A stretch of DNA of 64,000 bases from a bacterium (lineage in GTDB: Bacteria > Patescibacteriota > Saccharimonadia > CAILAD01 > GCA-016700035). The translations under genes and the position numbers were made by a program. Where the stretch lies: contig JADZGC010000004.1 in NCBI GenBank assembly GCA_020854115.1, positions 1,665-65,664 of the forward strand, read 5' to 3'. Below are positions 57,806 to 64,000 of this stretch, piece after piece (position 1 is the stretch's first letter; the number at the start of each line of letters is the position of its first letter). The notes below the pieces were generated by a model that made no database searches, was not told where the DNA came from, and saw only the letters and a list, made by a program, of their open reading frames with translations.

Positions 57806-59434
57806 ATGCAGGTGGATATACTGATGCAGGTGGGGGGAGTATTGTATGCAGCCTATCAGGCGGCAGGCTTTGGTGATCTTGAAGTAGACGAGGCTGTCGA
57901 CTCATTGGAGTTCTGTGATATCTCGTATGGTGATTTTGCTAGCAATCTGGCTATGCGGCAAGCGAAATCACTCAAGATGGCACCTCGCGAGATAGCAGAG
58001 CGACTTACTTCCTATCTACAGGACCATCCAAACATCGATTCAGTTGAGGTGGCTGGCCCCGGGTTCTTAAATATTAGCCTCAGTAGCGAAGTATGGGCTC
58101 AGTTTATCGAGCAGCTCGACGGGGACTTCTTCCGGACTGAGCACGGCAAGGGTACGCGCGTGAATATTGAGTTTGTATCTGCTAATCCAACTGGACCATT
58201 GGTACTTGTGAATGCTTGGAACGGCTTCTACGGCGATGTGTTGGCGCGCCTCTACGAGAGTCAGGGGTATGAAGTGGTGCGCGAGTATTATTTGAATGAT
58301 GGCGGTAATCAGATAGCTCAACTGGGCCGAGCTGTGCAACAGGCAACGGGCATGGAGTTTGCTGCTGAAGTCAGCGAGGAGTTGTATCGTGGTCCATATA
58401 TCGATGAGCTGGCCGAGCGGATGGTTGGCATCTATGGTTCTGCAGATGCTGTACAAGCACTAAGTCCAGCAGAGCTTGGCGACCAGGCGCAAAAACTCAT
58501 TTTTGCAGAATATATCCAGCCAACTCTCAAGCGGCTTGGTATTCCTTTTGACGAAGTGTATCCAGAATCGATTCTCAATAATACAGACACTATTCAGCGG
58601 CTTGAAGTGGCGGGGGCAGTCGTTCATAAGGATGGAGCTGTATGGTTTAGCGGTGAGAAAGCTGGGCTTGATAAAGATGAGGTGCTCGTACGATCTACCG
58701 ATAATCAAGAAACCTATTTCCTCAAAGACATTTCGTATCAATATGGGAAGCTGGTTGAGCGGGGCTTTGATCGTGCGATTACGATCGTCGGGCCTGACCA
58801 CCACGGCCAGGAGAAGCGGCTGGCTGCAGCACTTCAACTGCTTGGCGTACAGGGCTTTGTGCCACTTTGGACGCAAGCAGTGCGCCTGATCAAGGATGGG
58901 GAAGAATTTAAGATGAGCAAGCGTCGAGGGAACTTTATTCTACTCGACGAATTTCTCGATGTTGTACCAGTAGATACTGCACGCTTCTTCTTTGCCTTGC
59001 GTGATCCGAATACGCACTTTGATCTCGATCTCGATCTGGTATCTGCTCAGAACAAGCACAACCCCTTGTACTATGTGATGTACGCCTATGTGCGTATGGG
59101 GAGTGTATTGAAGAAGGCAAAGGATGACGGGGTGCTGATAGATGAAGCAGTTAGCTGCATTCCTAAGTCTGATTTGGATCGAGCACTCGTGCGTCAGTTG
59201 GTGGAGCTGCAGCGGCTGATTGGACGAGCAGTTCACACCCAACAGGTGCATTCCGTCTTGCACGCGCTGGTTGATTTCGCGGGGCTTTTTCATGACTGGT
59301 ATGAGCGTAACCCCATATTGAAGGCTTCAGGCGATGAACGAGCTGTGAGACTCGTATTGATAGGTCATGTATATATTGCAATTCAGGGTATCCTTAAGCT
59401 AATTGGCGTGACACCTCAAGAACGGATGGAATAA
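57806..59434 (+). CDS. argS: Arginine--tRNA ligase
   Basis: GDFASN.A, AGPGFLN, EFVSANPTGPL, EYY.NDGG.Q, KMSKRRG, YVMYA..R..S, C-terminal P.RM; start placed at ATG 57806. Confidence 0.93.
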   Translation: MQVDILMQVGGVLYAAYQAAGFGDLEVDEAVDSLEFCDISYGDFASNLAMRQAKSLKMAPREIAERLTSYLQDHPNIDSVEVAGPGFLNISLSSEVWAQFIEQLDGDFFRTEHGKGTRVNIEFVSANPTGPLVLVNAWNGFYGDVLARLYESQGYEVVREYYLNDGGNQIAQLGRAVQQATGMEFAAEVSEELYRGPYIDELAERMVGIYGSADAVQALSPAELGDQAQKLIFAEYIQPTLKRLGIPFDEVYPESILNNTDTIQRLEVAGAVVHKDGAVWFSGEKAGLDKDEVLVRSTDNQETYFLKDISYQYGKLVERGFDRAITIVGPDHHGQEKRLAAALQLLGVQGFVPLWTQAVRLIKDGEEFKMSKRRGNFILLDEFLDVVPVDTARFFFALRDPNTHFDLDLDLVSAQNKHNPLYYVMYAYVRMGSVLKKAKDDGVLIDEAVSCIPKSDLDRALVRQLVELQRLIGRAVHTQQVHSVLHALVDFAGLFHDWYERNPILKASGDERAVRLVLIGHVYIAIQGILKLIGVTPQERME

Positions 59435-62320
59435 ATGCAGCAGCAGGAGGAGGAGAAGGTGTTTTCACCGCGTCTTAAGAAAGAGTTACAGCACCTTATT
59501 GATGGGCTTAACCCAGCGCAGCAGGAGGCGGTACTACACAGTACAGGCCCAGTACTTGTTATAGCTGGTGCGGGGACAGGAAAGACCAAGGTAATAACGA
59601 ATCGCATTGCTTATCTCATTCAATCCGGCCAAGCACTCCCAGAAGAAATACTCGCTTTGACGTTTACTGACAAGGCAGCTCAAGAGATGCAGGATCGTGT
59701 CGACGAGTTGCTCCCATACGGTGTCGTTGAGACGAATATAATGACTTTTCACGCGCTCGGTGGAATGCTCTTGCGTGATTACGCTCTGGATTTGCAGATT
59801 AATCTCAAAGCTAGACTGGCGAGTCCCGTGCAGCAGCATATCTTGCTTCATGACACGCTCGAAAACATGGAGGAGCTACAGTACTTTCGTCCTGCCCACA
59901 ATCCGACCATGTACACCGAAGCAATACTGAGGTACATTTCACGACTCAAGGATGAGGGCATTGGCCCCGAAGACTTGCGCGGCCAGATTGCTGACCTACC
60001 TGATGCTGCCAAGGATCTATTTGACCAAGTGAAATACCAAGAGCTTGCAGACGTATATGGGCACTACGAGCGGCGCAAGCTTGCTGAGGGTTTTCTCGAC
60101 TTTGGTGATCAGCTCATGCTGCCGTATGTTTTGTTGTCAAAAAAACAACACATACTCGAGCAAATACAGAAACAGTACAAATTTATCCTGGTAGATGAGT
60201 TCCAGGATACCAATACGATACAAGCAAAACTTCTATATTTGTTGTCTAAAAAACATCAAAATCTTATGGTTGTTGGTGATGACGATCAGTCAATCTATCG
60301 TTTCCGCGGCGCTGAGCTCGACAACATACTGTCCTTTCATGATTTTTTCCCGAGTGCCAAGCAGATAGTGTTGATAGAGAATTATCGATCAACACAGCAA
60401 ATCATCGATGCTAGTTATGAGCTTATCCAGCATAATAATCCGGCTCGGCTAGAGACCAAGCTACAAATTGATAAGCGCCTGCATGCTCAAAGTCAGGGCA
60501 GGGCAGTCGCCATTGAGGAGTTAGGCGACATTAGGTCTGAGGTTGATCGCGTAGTTCAGCTTGTCTTGGAGGGTGCGTCTCGCTACGGAGCCTCAAGCGT
60601 GGCTGTGTTGACTCGCAATAACCAGCAGGCAGAGACGATAATTCGGGCATTGCAGCAGAAGGCTGTGCCAGTCGCAACACAGATTGCTCGCAACTTACTT
60701 TTGCAACCCATAGTTCGACAGTGTATAGATTTTTTGTGTGTACTGCACGACGAAACTGATTCAGCTGCACTATATCGTTTCTTGTTGAGCCCACGGGTTG
60801 CTGCGGACGCGGAGGTCATCATATCCTTGTCTGCTGAAGCTAAGCGTGAACACAAAAGCTTAGCCCAAAGAATACGTGAGTGTGGATCCGAGGTGGCATA
60901 TGTGTACGCACAGCTAGAACGTATTCAGGCCTATCGTCAGCGGGTACGAGAGATCTCAGTTGGTGAGCTACTTTATGAGTTTGTAACGAGCGATGGATAC
61001 CTTGAGCGACTTATTGCGCGCGCCGAGGATGATGCACATAGTGCTCGTGACATTCAGAGTCTGGCACGATTCTTTAATTTGATATCAGAGCTAGAGGCTG
61101 TTGAGGGTATGCAGAGCTCTCACGATCTGTGGCTGCATATTCGGGAAATGTATGATCTAGAAGTTCTCACTGATCCAGATGAATCCGAGCAGATCGAAGG
61201 GGTGCATGTCCTTACCGCACACCGTTCTAAGGGGTTAGAGTTTGATCGGGTTGTGCTCTTTGATCTAGTTGAAGGCACCTTTCCTGCTACTCGCAAAGGA
61301 GAATCGTTGTATTTACCACAACAAATGTCTCTTGATAAGGGGGTGTCTATTGGGCAAGTACATCTGAGTGAAGAGCGACGATTGTTTTATGTTGCGGTGA
61401 CACGTGCTAAACAGGAATTGTTTGTAACTTACTCGTGCAATCATGGAGGAAGGCGGCTTAAGAAGCCATCTCGTTTTCTGCTTGAGGCTTTTGGTTACGA
61501 TATACAGCCAAAAGCGTCTCGCAAAGTAGAATTGAGTACAGCGATGATTCATCAGTTTGATGGTAGTGTAACGGAACCCGGTAAGCTCACATTTCCAGAG
61601 AAGGATGGCTGGCTGACTCTCACTCCAAATCAGATTAATGACTACCTGACTAACCCTCAATATTTTTACGTTCGCCACGTACTGCGATTCCCCGAAAAAC
61701 AATCACATCGTATGGTGTACGGCACGTCAATTCACGCAGCTCTCGAGGTGTATCTTCGACAGCGTATGCAAGGTAAAAAAGTTAGCTTTGAAGAGTTACT
61801 TTTAGTATTGCGTGATAGCTGGAGCCACAATGGGTTTGTGTCGTTGCGACACGAGCAAGAGCGGATGCAGGCGGCTGAGGACACGCTTCGGAAAACATGG
61901 CAGTCGTTTGAAGCAACGGATCTGCAAATTGTCGATGTTGAGCGCGCGTTTCAGGTGGACTTTGAAGAATATAAAGTCAGGGTTCGGGGTCGCTATGACC
62001 TGATACTGCAGAATCAAAACGGCATAGAGATTCGCGACTTCAAGACGTCGTCAGTAAACGATCAGAAGGCGGCACAGAATCGTGTACGAGATTCTGTGCC
62101 AATGCAGATATACGCGTTGGCCTGGAGTATGGAGCAGCCAGAGAAGCCGCTCTCGTTGATTAGTTTACATTTTGTCGATTCGGGCATTGTTGCTACTCGA
62201 GATAAGCTCAATCATGTGAAGACTCGAGCTCGAATTCAAGAAGTGGCAGAAGGTATACGTGCTGCACACTATCCCAAAAAAGGGAACCTCACGAATCTTG
62301 AGATGGAGGGCATTGCATGA
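59435..62320 (+). CDS. UvrD/PcrA-family helicase with C-terminal PD-(D/E)XK nuclease
   Basis: AGAGTGKT, LTFT.KAA, VDEFQDTN, GDDDQSIY.FRGA, KGLEF, EERRLFYVA.TRA; 'GRYDLI...IRDFKT...Q.YA'. Confidence 0.92.
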   Translation: MQQQEEEKVFSPRLKKELQHLIDGLNPAQQEAVLHSTGPVLVIAGAGTGKTKVITNRIAYLIQSGQALPEEILALTFTDKAAQEMQDRVDELLPYGVVETNIMTFHALGGMLLRDYALDLQINLKARLASPVQQHILLHDTLENMEELQYFRPAHNPTMYTEAILRYISRLKDEGIGPEDLRGQIADLPDAAKDLFDQVKYQELADVYGHYERRKLAEGFLDFGDQLMLPYVLLSKKQHILEQIQKQYKFILVDEFQDTNTIQAKLLYLLSKKHQNLMVVGDDDQSIYRFRGAELDNILSFHDFFPSAKQIVLIENYRSTQQIIDASYELIQHNNPARLETKLQIDKRLHAQSQGRAVAIEELGDIRSEVDRVVQLVLEGASRYGASSVAVLTRNNQQAETIIRALQQKAVPVATQIARNLLLQPIVRQCIDFLCVLHDETDSAALYRFLLSPRVAADAEVIISLSAEAKREHKSLAQRIRECGSEVAYVYAQLERIQAYRQRVREISVGELLYEFVTSDGYLERLIARAEDDAHSARDIQSLARFFNLISELEAVEGMQSSHDLWLHIREMYDLEVLTDPDESEQIEGVHVLTAHRSKGLEFDRVVLFDLVEGTFPATRKGESLYLPQQMSLDKGVSIGQVHLSEERRLFYVAVTRAKQELFVTYSCNHGGRRLKKPSRFLLEAFGYDIQPKASRKVELSTAMIHQFDGSVTEPGKLTFPEKDGWLTLTPNQINDYLTNPQYFYVRHVLRFPEKQSHRMVYGTSIHAALEVYLRQRMQGKKVSFEELLLVLRDSWSHNGFVSLRHEQERMQAAEDTLRKTWQSFEATDLQIVDVERAFQVDFEEYKVRVRGRYDLILQNQNGIEIRDFKTSSVNDQKAAQNRVRDSVPMQIYALAWSMEQPEKPLSLISLHFVDSGIVATRDKLNHVKTRARIQEVAEGIRAAHYPKKGNLTNLEMEGIA

Positions 62321-62781
62321 GGATAGTCGAGACCTACCGTGATCAAGAATGGCTTGAAAATCTTCTGGCCGATATCTGGTATGAGCACTTTTCGGACGTG
62401 CCCCAAGAGAATGAAGTGAGAATAATCTGGGGCAAGCGAGCTAAGCGTAGATTGGGCTCGATTTCGCTTGATCCGCATGATCGATTGACGAGTATTATTC
62501 GGGTTAACCGATTATTTCAGGACCTAGAAGTCCCCGAAATGGTTATACGGGCAACTATCTTTCATGAGATGACGCACTATGCGCATGGGTTTAATTCTCC
62601 ATTGCAGCAAAAGCAGCGACATCCTCACAGCGGTGGAGTAATTCGCAAAGAATTTGCGGAGCGTGGACAAGAGAAGTTGTATCATCTACAACAAAAATGG
62701 CTTAAAACATCATGGCTCGACGTATTACGTAAGCACGGTATGATTCGTGATACGCTGTTTGTTCGCTACATGATTGATTAA
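62317..62781 (+). CDS. SprT-like zinc metalloprotease domain protein
   Basis: WG...RRLGSI, HEMTHY, PH motifs. Confidence 0.75.
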   Translation: MRIVETYRDQEWLENLLADIWYEHFSDVPQENEVRIIWGKRAKRRLGSISLDPHDRLTSIIRVNRLFQDLEVPEMVIRATIFHEMTHYAHGFNSPLQQKQRHPHSGGVIRKEFAERGQEKLYHLQQKWLKTSWLDVLRKHGMIRDTLFVRYMID

Positions 62782-62799
62782 ATGGTAGACTAGATACAT

Positions 62800-63882
62800 A
62801 TGACTGAAGTGTTGGTAATAATTGGGGTTGCACTGCTGTGTGCGCTCGTGGGAATAAACCTTTGGGCGCTGCTACGGCCTCGATCAGGTGGGGATGGGCT
62901 GGATGAGCCTATGACATCCCTTTTAAAGCAAGATTTGCAGGGACTCCATCAGCTACTTTCGCAATCCCACGCCCAGCTGAATGAACGCATTGATCGCAAT
63001 AACCAGACATTACAAGCGAATGTACACGCTCAAATGAGGCAGTCGTCAGAGATTATCAAAGACGTAACTGAGCGCCTCACTAAACTTGATGAAACTAATC
63101 GCCGCGTTGTAGACATTACATCAGAACTAAAAACTTTGCAGACTGTACTACAAAACCCGAAGCAGCGAGGTGTGCTCGGGGAGTATTATCTTGCGCAAGT
63201 CCTGGAAAATGTGCTGGCGCCGCAGCAATATAAACTTCAATATGCATTTAAGGACGGAGCGATTGTAGATGCCGTCATTCTGCTTGATAAAGGGAGAATT
63301 CTTCCTGTCGACTCAAAATTTAGTCTCGAGAATTACAATCGCCTCGTGGATAAAACCGTAGGTGTTGAGCGAGATCAGTTGGTTAAACAATTCAAGCAGG
63401 ATCTGAAGGGGAGGATTGATGAGACTGCAAAATACATTCGTCCAAGCGAGGGGACGATGGACTTTGCATTTATGTTTATCCCGTCTGAAGCCATTTACTA
63501 TGATCTACTCGTGAATCAAGTGGGCGCCACTCAGACAACTTCACGCGATCTGATCGAATACGCGTTTCGAGATAAGCACGTGATCATTGTTTCGCCGACG
63601 TCATTTATGGCCTACCTACAGACCGTGATGCAAGGACTGAGATCTCTGCAGATCGAGGAGCAGGCCCGGGAAATCCAAGAGAGAGTAGGTAAGCTTGGGC
63701 GCCATGTTTTGTCGTATGAAAGTTTCTTGCAAAAACTGGGTAATTCATTAGGGACAACGGTAAACCACTACAATAACGCTTACAAGGAATTCCGAAAAGT
63801 AGACACGGATGTTGCCAAGATTGCGCAGAAAACACCCACTGTAGACCCGCAGCTAGTTGATAAGCCTAGGTTAGATGATTAG
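62800..63882 (+). CDS. rmuC: DNA recombination protein RmuC
   Basis: TM plus coiled coil; NPKQRGVLGE, VDSKF, KYI.P..GT.DFA.MF.PSE, VSPT. Confidence 0.93.
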   Translation: MTEVLVIIGVALLCALVGINLWALLRPRSGGDGLDEPMTSLLKQDLQGLHQLLSQSHAQLNERIDRNNQTLQANVHAQMRQSSEIIKDVTERLTKLDETNRRVVDITSELKTLQTVLQNPKQRGVLGEYYLAQVLENVLAPQQYKLQYAFKDGAIVDAVILLDKGRILPVDSKFSLENYNRLVDKTVGVERDQLVKQFKQDLKGRIDETAKYIRPSEGTMDFAFMFIPSEAIYYDLLVNQVGATQTTSRDLIEYAFRDKHVIIVSPTSFMAYLQTVMQGLRSLQIEEQAREIQERVGKLGRHVLSYESFLQKLGNSLGTTVNHYNNAYKEFRKVDTDVAKIAQKTPTVDPQLVDKPRLDD

Positions 63883-63891
63883 ACGAGCTAT

Positions 63892-64000
63892 ATGAAACGC
63901 ATTTTATCTGGTATCAAACCGTCTGGAGACGCCCATCTTGGGAGCTATCTGGGGGCTATGAAGCAATGGCCAAAATATCAGGGGTCGAATCACGAAGTAT
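63892..64000 (+). CDS. trpS: Tryptophan--tRNA ligase (5' part, runs off window)
   Basis: [22 protein letters not shown]. Confidence 0.85.
   Translation, partial: MKRILSGIKPSGDAHLGSYLGAMKQWPKYQGSNHEV

Noticed and set aside
100-63835. Numerous antisense or overlapping ORFs in the six-frame track (e.g. 3167-3790, 27539-28168, 44520-45245)
   Set aside because: They shadow well-supported genes or RNA genes and show no recognisable motifs

Overview
This is a gene-dense, mostly plus-strand chromosomal segment read in genetic code 11. Its gene repertoire is typical of a Patescibacteria/CPR bacterium (an inference from protein families, not a phylogeny). It carries a near-complete type IV pilus locus (pilN/O-like, pilB, pilT, pilC, major pilin, pilD, four minor pilins), a Xer recombinase and an O-antigen-ligase/TPR protein. 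Cell-envelope genes include GT2, GT4, GT39, WecA, WbaP-like, uppP, murT/gatD and an UgtP-like enzyme. Translation genes include thrS, argS, the trpS start, infC-rpmI-rplT, rplY, rpmB, miaA and smpB. DNA repair genes include dinB, comM, a UvrD-nuclease and rmuC. RNA genes are six tRNAs, RNase P RNA and tmRNA, the last followed by a decayed IS630/btpA scar. No CRISPR array, prophage or intact mobile element was seen. The most notable signals not in the ORF track are: (1) a shared TGTWCG-N5-TGTWCG direct repeat over the dinB and comM promoters (candidate SOS/LexA operator); (2) a 165-nt rod-shaped RNA with its own promoter (probable 6S RNA); (3) a compact T-box leader before thrS; (4) many genes with a -10 box 6-8 nt before the ATG (leaderless mRNAs); (5) two in-frame GAC-TAA stops about 1 kb apart, in ndk and the prsA 5' extension. 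All calls come from reading the sequence by eye; no database searches or folding programs were run.
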